The position numbers and the translations under genes were made by a program. Below the pieces are notes generated by a model, which had not been told where the DNA came from, did no database searches, and saw only the letters and a program-made list of their open reading frames with translations. Below, in pieces: positions 19,874-29,148 of a DNA stretch of 55,667 nt (position 1 is the first letter of the stretch; the number at the start of each line of letters is the position of its first letter). The DNA is from Methanobacteriota archaeon (GTDB lineage: Archaea; Thermoplasmatota; Poseidoniia; Poseidoniales; Poseidoniaceae): NCBI GenBank assembly GCA_018650165.1, contig JABIGM010000064.1, positions 1 through 55,667 of the forward strand. Direction: 5' to 3'.

Positions 19874-20830
19874 TTATTCCATCAAAGCTTTCATTTCGCA
19901 TGCTTTGCATAATTTACCACTGCACATTTGCCCACAGCCAGGACAACTAATTGGTGTTGATAAACGCTTAATTTCGGAGTCGGCATGCAATTTCTTGACA
20001 TCATCAGCCATCCGCAATAAGCCATGACGGGTTCCCGGCACATCGGCTTCCATCATAGCAATTGTTTCACGATGCCTGAATCGGAGAGCGCCTTCTCCAT
20101 GCGGGCATTCTTCGTGGTGTATTGGCAATTTTTTATGCAGAGCATAAAGATGAATCTCCTGTTCGGGAACCCAACGCAGTGGTACAATTCGAGGGGCCAT
20201 TCCCTCTAAAGGAGTACTTGTGTGAGGGGCCAGACGAAGGGTTCTTTCTAAATCTCCATTCTGCATATTCATCATAATTGTCTGTGCCATATCGTCCAAA
20301 TTATGTCCTAATGCAATTACATCAGCTCCGACTCTATCGGCTAGATGATTGATTCCTTGCCTACGGAATACACCGCAATATGAGCAAGGGGTTTTCTTAT
20401 CCCCCGACTCTATGATTTTGCCAACAACTTCATCCATTTCTTTAAATCCTAATTCTGGATAAGATACTGTCTCAAACCGAACTCCAAGACTTTCACATAA
20501 CTGGCGTGCACACTCTAGAGAAGGAGGACGATACCCCTCAATTCCTTCATCCACACAACCGCCTACGATTGTTATATCTCTGCGCTTACCTAACCTTTCG
20601 TGGATTCTTTCGAGTAGAACTGCTGAATCTTTGCCCCCAGATATTGCAACCAATATTGTAAAATCTGAATTCTTTGGAACAGTCAATTGTTCCCGAAGTG
20701 CTTTCGTAACTTTCTTCCTTACACTGTCTGCAAGATGTGATCCACACATCATCCGACCCGAATATACCTGGTGATGAATAGCCGGATTACGACACTTGTC
20801 GCAACTTTGGACTTCAAACAGGTCGGCCAT
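19874..20830 (-). CDS. tRNA 2-thiolation protein, TtuA/Ncs6/TtcA family
   Basis: N-terminal CxxC, PP-loop SGGKDS, PCSYCGVFRR, GHNLDD, C-terminal CxxC-CxxC Zn finger. Confidence 0.9.
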   Translation of the reverse strand: MADLFEVQSCDKCRNPAIHHQVYSGRMMCGSHLADSVRKKVTKALREQLTVPKNSDFTILVAISGGKDSAVLLERIHERLGKRRDITIVGGCVDEGIEGYRPPSLECARQLCESLGVRFETVSYPELGFKEMDEVVGKIIESGDKKTPCSYCGVFRRQGINHLADRVGADVIALGHNLDDMAQTIMMNMQNGDLERTLRLAPHTSTPLEGMAPRIVPLRWVPEQEIHLYALHKKLPIHHEECPHGEGALRFRHRETIAMMEADVPGTRHGLLRMADDVKKLHADSEIKRLSTPISCPGCGQMCSGKLCKACEMKALME

Positions 20831-20877
20831 GATGATTCCAAGAGGTTCACGGCTTGATGTGAACGGTTGAAAAACTC

Positions 20878-20901
20878 AATTGAAAAAACGAATTTTCAAT
20901 T
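20878..20901. promoter_or_regulatory. Perfect 9-bp AT-rich inverted repeat AATTGAAAA-N6-TTTTCAATT in a divergent promoter
   Basis: Read directly; lies between the tRNA thiolase and the Roadblock gene. Confidence 0.5.
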
Positions 20902-20968
20902 GGAATCAGAACCCAAAATCCCCCGTCGTAAAAAAACCCAGTTGGCAAAATCATTCCACCCCCTAAAC

Positions 20969-20981
20969 CGCCCTACGGGCG
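20969..20981. repeat. GC-rich triloop hairpin CGCCC-TAC-GGGCG (family copy 2; GTA loop on minus strand)
   Basis: Perfect 5-bp inverted repeat with the same core as copies 1 and 4. Confidence 0.6.
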
Positions 20982-21037
20982 TTGTAGAAAGCCAAACTTC
21001 TTGAAGCCGGTTTCTACCTGAAGCCGCTTGAGCGCGC

Positions 21038-21379
21038 ATGATGCAACGTATTCTGGCTGGATTCTCATCCCTACCAGGGGTTGACCAAGCATACATCATC
21101 TCACGACGAGATGGCTTGGTTTCCGCTGTAGGAAAAAGAGGTCGAACGCCAATGGTTGAACATGCCGCCCAGATAGTACAAGCCCTAGAAGCACTCGGGA
21201 AAACCCCCGGTGTTGGAAGAGGCTTGGAACTATGGTCTGAAGGAAATGGAATGCTATTACTCACTCGTTTGAGTGAAGATGCTAGTTTGATTGTTTCTGG
21301 AAAGAAGGGCGGCAAAATAGCCAGGTGGCGACACGCCATCGAATGCGATGTTGAAATGCTAAACTCAGTGATGAGGTGA
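21038..21379 (+). CDS. Stand-alone Roadblock/LC7 (MglB-like) protein
   Basis: 113 aa; helix + LPGVDQAYIISRRDGLV + helix + beta-meander (ELWSEG/MLLLTRL/ASLIVSG) + terminal helix, i.e. the Roadblock secondary-structure pattern. Confidence 0.7.
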   Translation: MMQRILAGFSSLPGVDQAYIISRRDGLVSAVGKRGRTPMVEHAAQIVQALEALGKTPGVGRGLELWSEGNGMLLLTRLSEDASLIVSGKKGGKIARWRHAIECDVEMLNSVMR

Positions 21380-21384
21380 TGGAC

Positions 21385-24300
21385 ATGTTCGATCTACCAT
21401 ATGGTATGCCAGTTGAAAATGAAATCGATGTTAGTGACGGCTCTATAATGCCATTTGAAAACGGTTCGGTAACGACTTATCTTGGACGAAGGTCCACTGC
21501 GAGTGGCCATCGAATTGTACGTTCAGGGCGCGTAGTAGGCTGGATTGCTGAACCTACCAAAGGTAGCGTCCTTCTTTGTGGAGAAGCTGCAAAGTCACGT
21601 CTCGAAGAATTAGAAAATGACCCGCATCGTTTAGTGGCAAAGGCTTGGTCACAGACAGCACTTGGTTCGGTAGCAGAGATTGTACCAGAAGCATTTGAGC
21701 ACAGTGCCGATACAAGAGGACTCCTAGGTTCTGGCGATTCACTGGAGCGACTTTTATCTCGTGATTTATCAGCTGTGATTTCCAATTTAGTAATGCGACC
21801 AGAAGTTCGTGGCGGAATTGCTGTAGATTCTGGAATGCTAATCGATGATGCTGGAGATTTACCCGCTAGTCCAGAAATACTAGCATCTCAAGTCGGAGAA
21901 ACACTTGCTGGAAGAAGGGCTCTTGCTACCGATTTAGGATTGCAGGGTGCTGGCCATTGGACTCTCCACACAGGAGATGGCTCACTACTACTTGCTGAAT
22001 CAGGTGATGCTGCTTTGGCTATATGGACAGAAGCGGATGTAGACCATGGCCGATTGATTAATCAAATTGCGGCTTTGATGGAAGGAGAGATCAATGCCAT
22101 GGGTTCACGCGGTGAGTCCCTTTCAGATGGTCATGTAGTACGTGAAGGTCGCGGCGGAACAGATGCTGTGATTTCCATGCTTTCAACATCTGTAGAAGAA
22201 GGCTTAACCGGCCATCTTGCTGCAGGTAAATCATCAAAGGCAATCAGAATTGCGCTCGTAAAGGGTGTGCCAGTAGCTATCCAATCACCTGGGAATATGA
22301 AAATGATAGACGCCATGCATGCAGTGACGCAATCAAAAAGAGTCCTTGCCTTGCACAGACTCCCTGTGGGTACAATTCTAGGCTCTGAGTCCGGAAATGT
22401 ACCAGACTTTAGCCTAGATTCATTTTGTAATGAACTCGCAACCACTAGAACTCGTTCTGAATCCCGTCAAGCACTAATCAAGATTACAATGGACCAACTA
22501 TATGGTTTTGAAATTGGACTTAACAAATTACGAAAAGAGAGAACTCGATTTGAATTTGCTATATCTATCGCAACACCTTCCAAAGGTTTAGCGACCATTG
22601 AAAAAACTGCTGGAATCGATGATGGACTTCGTAGGAAGTACGAGAAGAGTGATTTGGAATTATCTGAAGCTAACCAAGAAATTGCATCATTGAAGATAGC
22701 CCTTGAATCTGCAAAGAGCATGGAAAATGCGGCAAAGGTAAATGCAAATGAAGCAAACCGTCACACGGCAGACGTTCAAGAGAAAATTGGAGCATTTAAC
22801 CGAACTATCGACCAATTACAACTTGATTTATCAGCAGCACAAGCGGCTTCCGAAAATTCAGAGTCACGTAGTGATCGTCTGTCCAAGCGAATTAACGAAT
22901 TAGAGCACCAACTAAGCCAACGCGCTGTTGAACTTGCAAGAATCCTTGGTGATTCGAAAGCAAGTTCAGAATTATCATCTCAAATTGAAGAAATGGCTTC
23001 TAAGGAGGCTGCACTCTCAAGCGATATCGATTCACATTCCGCAACTTTAGCGAGTATTCGCTCAAGGATTGATGATGACCAAAGGCGTCAACGTATGATT
23101 GAGGAACAGGTTGAAGCCACTAGAGATCGACATCGTCGGGCGCAAGGAGAATTATCAGAACTTGAGTCGAAAATCAATGATGCTCAACTATCACTGCGCC
23201 AAATAGAGGCGGAGTCACGAATTGCCCGTGACCGAACCCAAGAGGACCGCGTTAGACTTACTGAGCAAGAAAATCGCTCAATGATGATTCAATCTGAAAT
23301 GCGAGAATTGATGGATGAACGCCGTCAAGTGTTGAAGGAGTTAGGAGACCTTGGTGCAAGACGTGGCCAATCTGAGGCCGAATTATCCAATCTCCTAGAC
23401 CAAGCAGAAGCATTAGCATTGGCTCACGAAGAGGCTCTCACTGATATCAAAGAAGCGGAAATATTGCGCGCTAAATTATCAGAAGAACCGCTTGCACAGG
23501 CTCTGTTAGAAGATGGAGCTCAGTTTGATGGACTGGGCCCAGTGCTTGAACGTCTTGAACATGCTAGAACTCTAGGCTATTCGGTCTCTTTACTCGACAG
23601 GGCTGTCGAGCGTGCATTACAAGTTATTCAGGGGTGTGTTGATCATGTTGCAACAACCCCTAGGCACCTACTATCCACTGAAGTTATGTCTCTTCTTGAG
23701 CGACAGGTCCCCGAAACCGCTGGAGCGGTCAGGGGTCTTGCGAGGTGGTCTGTACAACAGCGCCTTGAGCACCAGTTAGGTGATACTGTCACAAACTTAG
23801 TTCTTGATTTGGAAAATCTACTAGAGGATTATGATCGCTCTGTAACAATGCTTCGAAGGATTAGAAATGTGCTGGAGCAGTTAGAAAAATTAGGCGCACC
23901 TACCGAACAAGTACAGGCCCTAATGAGTAATACTCGCCGCCCAGAATCATTGCCGGTTCTGGCGCGTGAAACGCGTACTCTCATCCAAAAAGCACTGGAT
24001 GATATCCATCTTGAGGCTGACATGAGGGATGCCGGTTCAGCGGTTAAACTAGAATCCACAACTAGTGCTCTCGAAGAATTACTAACTCAACTGGATGCAA
24101 GTGGTTTTGTTAATGGTGAAGTCAGAGGGGCTCTTTGGGATTTCAAACGTGAAGGGTTGCTTCCATTCGAAAGAGATTCGGTACCTGCAGGTGAAAGAAC
24201 ACCAATCAATGAAGATACATTAGAGCAAATGAAGGGAGAACTGATCGACCAAGATGTTGCTGTTGCTGTAGAGGTAAGTGAAATTACCGAAGAATGGGAA

Positions 24301-24510
24301 GAGTTAGCGACACCTATCGACGAAGATACCACCGATTCCATTGCCAAAGATACTGTAATCTCGATGGATGATGAAAGAGCACATCTTGAAGAAGAGTTAG
24401 CACGCCTTGATGCGAAATGGGATAGAAGAAGCGAACCTGTGGAAGAAGCATCGGTATCTGATACAGCACTAGATGCGCTAGAAGATTCATTGGATGGCAT
24501 TGACCTTTGA
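21385..24510 (+). CDS. Large protein: PATAN/DUF2226-like domain, Roadblock domain, second PATAN-like domain, long coiled coil, acidic tail
   Basis: Internal Roadblock pattern (LVMRPEVRGGIAVDSGMLI...GDGSLLLAESGDAALAIW); about 290 aa of heptad-rich sequence; SD GAGGTGA at 21373-21379 (alternative starts 21376/21379). Confidence 0.7.
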   Translation: MFDLPYGMPVENEIDVSDGSIMPFENGSVTTYLGRRSTASGHRIVRSGRVVGWIAEPTKGSVLLCGEAAKSRLEELENDPHRLVAKAWSQTALGSVAEIVPEAFEHSADTRGLLGSGDSLERLLSRDLSAVISNLVMRPEVRGGIAVDSGMLIDDAGDLPASPEILASQVGETLAGRRALATDLGLQGAGHWTLHTGDGSLLLAESGDAALAIWTEADVDHGRLINQIAALMEGEINAMGSRGESLSDGHVVREGRGGTDAVISMLSTSVEEGLTGHLAAGKSSKAIRIALVKGVPVAIQSPGNMKMIDAMHAVTQSKRVLALHRLPVGTILGSESGNVPDFSLDSFCNELATTRTRSESRQALIKITMDQLYGFEIGLNKLRKERTRFEFAISIATPSKGLATIEKTAGIDDGLRRKYEKSDLELSEANQEIASLKIALESAKSMENAAKVNANEANRHTADVQEKIGAFNRTIDQLQLDLSAAQAASENSESRSDRLSKRINELEHQLSQRAVELARILGDSKASSELSSQIEEMASKEAALSSDIDSHSATLASIRSRIDDDQRRQRMIEEQVEATRDRHRRAQGELSELESKINDAQLSLRQIEAESRIARDRTQEDRVRLTEQENRSMMIQSEMRELMDERRQVLKELGDLGARRGQSEAELSNLLDQAEALALAHEEALTDIKEAEILRAKLSEEPLAQALLEDGAQFDGLGPVLERLEHARTLGYSVSLLDRAVERALQVIQGCVDHVATTPRHLLSTEVMSLLERQVPETAGAVRGLARWSVQQRLEHQLGDTVTNLVLDLENLLEDYDRSVTMLRRIRNVLEQLEKLGAPTEQVQALMSNTRRPESLPVLARETRTLIQKALDDIHLEADMRDAGSAVKLESTTSALEELLTQLDASGFVNGEVRGALWDFKREGLLPFERDSVPAGERTPINEDTLEQMKGELIDQDVAVAVEVSEITEEWEELATPIDEDTTDSIAKDTVISMDDERAHLEEELARLDAKWDRRSEPVEEASVSDTALDALEDSLDGIDL

Positions 24511-24519
24511 GGCGTTATT

Positions 24520-24720
24520 ATGAGTTCTCTCTACCCTTTGTGGATTGAAAAATTAATTTTCATAATTTTATCTGCAGGAGCAGTCTATGCTGGAATAATG
24601 CTAGGAGATCACCTTTCTGGAGCAGCTCTTTGGGCTACTCGAATTTGTGCGCTACCAATTGTAATATTAGTGATTACAGAAGGTATTGGGCGAATGATTC
24701 AATCGAAATACGTCAAGTAA
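24520..24720 (+). CDS. Small two-TM membrane protein (66 aa)
   Basis: Two hydrophobic helices; ATG 9 nt after the upstream stop; stop abuts the convergent gene. Confidence 0.6.
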   Translation: MSSLYPLWIEKLIFIILSAGAVYAGIMLGDHLSGAALWATRICALPIVILVITEGIGRMIQSKYVK

Positions 24721-25869
24721 TCATTCTCTGGAAGCAAAAGAAGACTCAATGAGACCCCAAAATCTCTGCCACGGTACAATATACCGTAATAGAGCCATCA
24801 ATCCAAGGAATAATAGTGCCGAGATTACAAGGCCATAAGTTAACGTTAATTCGAGAGATTCCCCCACCTGGGCGGCCCATTGCGAACCTGTAATACCACT
24901 TACCCAATCAAGTAAAACAGAATGGAATCCTAATGCAATCGTAGTGGCTACAACAGTTAATGAAAGGAATATTGCCGTATGGCGGAGGTGCCCATTTAGC
25001 AAATTATCCATTTGTGCTACGTATTCAGGGTCTCTCTTACAGGATTCAGGAAGACGATATGCATATTCTAATTGTCTAATTACTCCAAAGGCTGACTCTT
25101 GGAATACCATCATCAAACAAGCGATTAATATCAAAGAAAACTGTTCTGCCGTGACTAAGCCGAATACAGTTGGTTCGGAAACAATAATTTCGAGAGCTGT
25201 GAGTTGTGCCCCATAACTCCCTAATTGCGCACGTATCAATGGGAATGTCAAGATGGCATGAACACCGAGGAAAAGCAAAGTGAAGCCGATAGACCAAGCC
25301 ACACCACGACGAGAAAGTCCCCAAATTCCCTTTGTTCCTGTTATAATTGGTAACAAATAGAATGTCATGATAACTAGTGATAGCATCATCAATAGTGGCC
25401 ATTCCAGTAACTTTAGTACATCATTACCTGGTGCACTCCATCCATCGCTAACAAGTTGCCATGCATAACTGAAAATAAATCGGCCTGCTAGCAATGTAAT
25501 TAGAGTGATAATAAATCCTAACTTTACTCTCTGCTGAATCTTTTGTGTCTGGAATGCTAGAAAAGCCATCGCGCCACCAAGCCCTAATCCGAGCCCTAGT
25601 GGAACATAGAAACGAGCAAGCCCCTCATTGCCAATACCAGTAAGCCAGTCGCCTAGAGGAAGTTCTATTCTTAGACCTGTTTCTAGAGTCTCAAACAGTT
25701 GTGTATGGTCGATACTACCAACCACATAGGTAGATACTACTTCCAAATACATCCAAACTAATGCTAGTGTTGCAAGTACTTGTAAAGTAACAATTTGCCA
25801 TTGGACACGCAACTGACGAAGATGAAGGGAACGTGCTCCTTCTCCTTGTGGGGTTACTTCACCTGCCAT
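24721..25869 (-). CDS. Polytopic membrane protein, last gene of the DUF4350-DUF58 run
   Basis: About 8 hydrophobic segments; coupled to DUF58 by TGAGGTGAGATAATG. Confidence 0.7.
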   Translation of the reverse strand: MAGEVTPQGEGARSLHLRQLRVQWQIVTLQVLATLALVWMYLEVVSTYVVGSIDHTQLFETLETGLRIELPLGDWLTGIGNEGLARFYVPLGLGLGLGGAMAFLAFQTQKIQQRVKLGFIITLITLLAGRFIFSYAWQLVSDGWSAPGNDVLKLLEWPLLMMLSLVIMTFYLLPIITGTKGIWGLSRRGVAWSIGFTLLFLGVHAILTFPLIRAQLGSYGAQLTALEIIVSEPTVFGLVTAEQFSLILIACLMMVFQESAFGVIRQLEYAYRLPESCKRDPEYVAQMDNLLNGHLRHTAIFLSLTVVATTIALGFHSVLLDWVSGITGSQWAAQVGESLELTLTYGLVISALLFLGLMALLRYIVPWQRFWGLIESSFASRE

Positions 25870-25881
25870 TATCTCACCTCA
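25867..25881 (-). promoter_or_regulatory. Stop-SD-start coupling element TGAGGTGAGATAATG
   Basis: GAGGTGA is complementary to the archaeal 16S 3' end; identical 15-mer at 27130-27144. Confidence 0.75.
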
Positions 25882-27132
25882 GTATCCTCTGACCTGCAAT
25901 AATGCTTGCGAGAGGTCCATATCCGGCATCCAATCAATCACTTGACTGCCGAATCCAGCCAATGATGTTAGTCTGTTTTGTCGCTCAATCTTGAGTACTT
26001 CGTAAGACATTCTTGGAATGCGACTCACTAAACGCTCAAAGTCGATTGAAGATGGAGAAAGTACTGTGACTTCATGCCCTCGTCCAACTAGGTCACGAAC
26101 TGCTGATGGGACCGTACCATCCCCTTCACATGATGAGATAATGAATACGGGGCTACCTCTGCTAAATCTCGCTGCTAAACTGTTGGTAACTGCTTGTAGC
26201 GGCATAGTCCCTCTAGGGGCGACACCTGCAAGCGAAGATAGGATCTTGAAATACTGCTTATCACCGGTATCAGGAGGCAAGAATGAGAGTTTTTCATCAT
26301 ATATCGTTAGCGATACTGAATCCCTACGTTGGATAAAGAAAGATGCTAGACTTGCTGCAGCTACAGTACCCATCTCTAATGGATTCTTCAAAACCGTTCC
26401 AATTCTTGCAATATCTCTACTGTCCAGAATGATATACAGGTCGGTTACCGCATCACGGCATTTTTCGTTTATCATCAATTCCCCGGTTCTGGCAAATGCT
26501 TTCCAATTGATATTCTTGAATGGGTCACCCGGGACATATTCTCTAAGGGAATAAAATTCAGTACCGGGTCCAGGGGTTCTCAGTGTTGTTGCACCTGTGT
26601 ACATCTTTGCAGTTCGAGAACGGATGAAGGCTTCTTCAACATCACGGATTTGTGGGAAGATAATTATGTCAGAATGGTGATCAACATACATTTCATCTAC
26701 TGATAGATTGAATGTATTTCTATATCGAAGAGAGACTGGTCCTACCGAATAATGTCCACGCAGTGGGCAGCGTAGAACATAGCGGATTCTTGCGCTTTCT
26801 CCTGGTTTGAGATTGAGACGCATTTGGTTTAGTCCACTACGTAATTTCATTTCGTGTGGAACGTTATCATACACCTCTAGTTGCTGTGTTTTACGTCTAC
26901 TGCGGTTAGTTACTAACAACTCAACATACAGGTCATCCCCTTTGTACAAGTTGTCGGCAGATAATGTTCGTTGAACTTCAACATCACCATGCCCACTAAC
27001 CCATGAATTAACTACGATGAATGCAATGAATGCTAGACCTAAAATCATCATTTGATGATTGGAAATCATCATACCGATTAGAATCAATGCGATCCCACCA
27101 GTGAAAGTAAATGCTGCCTTACGTGTCCACAT
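25879..27132 (-). CDS. DUF58 (vWA-like) family protein
   Basis: N-terminal TMs, Ig-like segment with RGHYSVGP, then GTEFYSLREYVPGDPFKNINWKAFARTGELMINE. Confidence 0.9.
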   Translation of the reverse strand: MWTRKAAFTFTGGIALILIGMMISNHQMMILGLAFIAFIVVNSWVSGHGDVEVQRTLSADNLYKGDDLYVELLVTNRSRRKTQQLEVYDNVPHEMKLRSGLNQMRLNLKPGESARIRYVLRCPLRGHYSVGPVSLRYRNTFNLSVDEMYVDHHSDIIIFPQIRDVEEAFIRSRTAKMYTGATTLRTPGPGTEFYSLREYVPGDPFKNINWKAFARTGELMINEKCRDAVTDLYIILDSRDIARIGTVLKNPLEMGTVAAASLASFFIQRRDSVSLTIYDEKLSFLPPDTGDKQYFKILSSLAGVAPRGTMPLQAVTNSLAARFSRGSPVFIISSCEGDGTVPSAVRDLVGRGHEVTVLSPSSIDFERLVSRIPRMSYEVLKIERQNRLTSLAGFGSQVIDWMPDMDLSQALLQVRGY

Positions 27133-27144
27133 TATCTCACCTCA
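27130..27144 (-). promoter_or_regulatory. Stop-SD-start coupling element TGAGGTGAGATAATG
   Basis: Identical to the element at 25867-25881. Confidence 0.75.
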
Positions 27145-28758
27145 CGTCCGTCCCCAGACTTTAATTCTCTTTACAATAGCAACAGTCTGTTCTAATGAAT
27201 AATTACGATTCTCGAAAACGAATTTGACCAATACAGGATCGGTAATCATTCCTTGAAGTTCCCTAGCGGGTAATGAATCGAATTCTTCCCTTGATAATCC
27301 ATTCTGGTTGCGAACTTTAGACAAGAATACTTGTTTTATCTTGTTTGATTTTGCATAATACGTGTATCGATTCGCATCTCCAAATCCATAGTAAATGATA
27401 CTGAATACATGGTGCCATGGCTCTGGGTCCTTTTTCTTCAAAAGTACACCTTCAAAGGATATGAACAAGATGATGAATAACAGCAACATTGCTAATCCTT
27501 CACCTGTGAAATATACCAGAAGGAAGTAGATTGTATTGTAAGATTCTGACACTATGCTAGGCTGGATATGTCTGCTCTCATCAAATATTACCATTGCATT
27601 AGGAGCAACATCTGGTACGTTAACCGAATCACCCGTGGCTTCGGGGTCCACTAATGAGTCTGCAATGTAATCCATTGCCCATTTTCGATTATCGTTTCGA
27701 GGAACCGGTTTATCCGCCACGCCATATTCTTGATTGTTGTAGGCTTCGTAATCATAGATTGCGTTTGTCAAAGCAGAACCATCTGCGATGAAAGTAATTC
27801 TACCTCCGTTTACAAAATTACAATCCTGCGAGATACAAACTTCGATTGAAAGATTGAATTGCCCTGCCAAATCTGGTGTTTCTGAATTTTGCTCAGAACC
27901 AACCCAGATGTCCCCATCGCCATTGATATCTATGAAAGCCTCGGCAGAAGTTACTGCGCGTATTTGTGTAGCGCCCATACCTGTTTTAGCATTTGAAACA
28001 ACATCTATTCCAGTGATATTATTGAGCAATACTTGGTAAGAAGCATTGTACTGAATTGCGCTATCTTTCCAATGCTGTTCACATACTCCAGATTCAGATT
28101 TCGCCATAACTCTTCCATCATATATCTTACAAATGTGGGCTCCATTGTCCTCTATCGACCACCTACTATGGTTCTCGACGGTAGTTGGGTCTAACGAAGT
28201 GCCATCCATACCACAAGGTGATTCTTGAACACACATCCAAATAAAGTTGTAATCTAATTCTGTTGCATAGACTGAATCATACAACTGTGCGCCTTTGAAA
28301 CGGACACCGAATGCTTCAGCGATAGATGAAGAGTATCCAAAATCATCCATCACTAACACATCGCCGCCAGCAAATACAAATTCCTTGATTGCGCTAACTT
28401 CAGCGGGTGAATATCCATCTTCAGTAGCAAAGGTAAGGAACCCATCTGATGAAAACTGTGGTAGTGAAATCGTATCACGTTCAACGCCTGCGATTATGTA
28501 TGTGGTATTTGCAGGATCTTCAATATCTGCCAATAGTAGTGGCGAGGAAACTAGGGATTTGGTTTCTATTCCCATCGAATTGATATCCTGTCGGAATGCA
28601 GACATGTCATCCCAATCTTCACCATAGGCAGATTGGCCATCATCGTTACCAATATTGATTACTTGAGATACCACAGTTGAAAGAAGCATTACAAGAACGA
28701 ACCAAAACGCTAACTGAAGAGCAAGTCTTCGTCGGTTAAAGCGCGGTTTGTCGTCCAA
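27142..28758 (-). CDS. DUF4350-family membrane-anchored extracellular protein
   Basis: N- and C-terminal TMs; SPAEVSAIKEFVFAGGDVLVMDDFG, GRITFIADGSALTN, VIFDESRH. Probable TTG start 28758 after SD GGGGTGA. Confidence 0.7.
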   Translation of the reverse strand: MDDKPRFNRRRLALQLAFWFVLVMLLSTVVSQVINIGNDDGQSAYGEDWDDMSAFRQDINSMGIETKSLVSSPLLLADIEDPANTTYIIAGVERDTISLPQFSSDGFLTFATEDGYSPAEVSAIKEFVFAGGDVLVMDDFGYSSSIAEAFGVRFKGAQLYDSVYATELDYNFIWMCVQESPCGMDGTSLDPTTVENHSRWSIEDNGAHICKIYDGRVMAKSESGVCEQHWKDSAIQYNASYQVLLNNITGIDVVSNAKTGMGATQIRAVTSAEAFIDINGDGDIWVGSEQNSETPDLAGQFNLSIEVCISQDCNFVNGGRITFIADGSALTNAIYDYEAYNNQEYGVADKPVPRNDNRKWAMDYIADSLVDPEATGDSVNVPDVAPNAMVIFDESRHIQPSIVSESYNTIYFLLVYFTGEGLAMLLLFIILFISFEGVLLKKKDPEPWHHVFSIIYYGFGDANRYTYYAKSNKIKQVFLSKVRNQNGLSREEFDSLPARELQGMITDPVLVKFVFENRNYSLEQTVAIVKRIKVWGRT

Positions 28759-28840
28759 AAAATCACCCCTAGTACAAGATACAGACACATGACGCACTCA
28801 ATTCGGTTTAGAAGGTTGTGGAATACTGTTGCATTGTTGC

Positions 28841-29080
28841 TCATCGGCGCAGACGTATACTAGAGCCAATTTGGGACACTTCTTGCGCAGGTACACTACA
28901 CATTCCATCCACGGTAGGCCAAGGTAGTTTTTGAGTGTCAATATCAGTTACAACTTCGACCAATAATTCTGTAATTTCTCCACTACGAGGGTCGATTACA
29001 ATATCTTCAAGGTGTCCAAATAAATCACCATTGACATCCACTACTGGGAGCTTTAGGAATTCATTACTGAAACTCGACAT
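28841..29080 (-). CDS. Stand-alone PRC-barrel protein
   Basis: SNEFLKLPVVDVNGDLFGHLEDIVIDPRSGEITELLV...VPAQEVSQIGSSIRL matches the PRC-barrel pattern. Start trimmed to ATG 29080. Confidence 0.8.
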   Translation of the reverse strand: MSSFSNEFLKLPVVDVNGDLFGHLEDIVIDPRSGEITELLVEVVTDIDTQKLPWPTVDGMCSVPAQEVSQIGSSIRLRR

Positions 29081-29148
29081 AACTAGTCTCCGCCCTCTAC
29101 TAATGGCAATAACCTCGTCCACTTCAATCAACCGGCGAATTACGCCGT

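Noticed and set aside
20896-21339. 147-aa minus-strand ORF
   Set aside because: Antisense to the Roadblock gene, no recognisable features
22210-22233. GHLAAGKS in the 1040-aa protein matches the Walker A pattern, which with the coiled coil suggests SMC/Rad50
   Set aside because: The motif is internal, follows a helix rather than a hydrophobic strand, and aligns better with the TGxL strand of PATAN-like domains. There is no C-terminal LSGG signature or Walker B. Treated as a chance match pending modelling.
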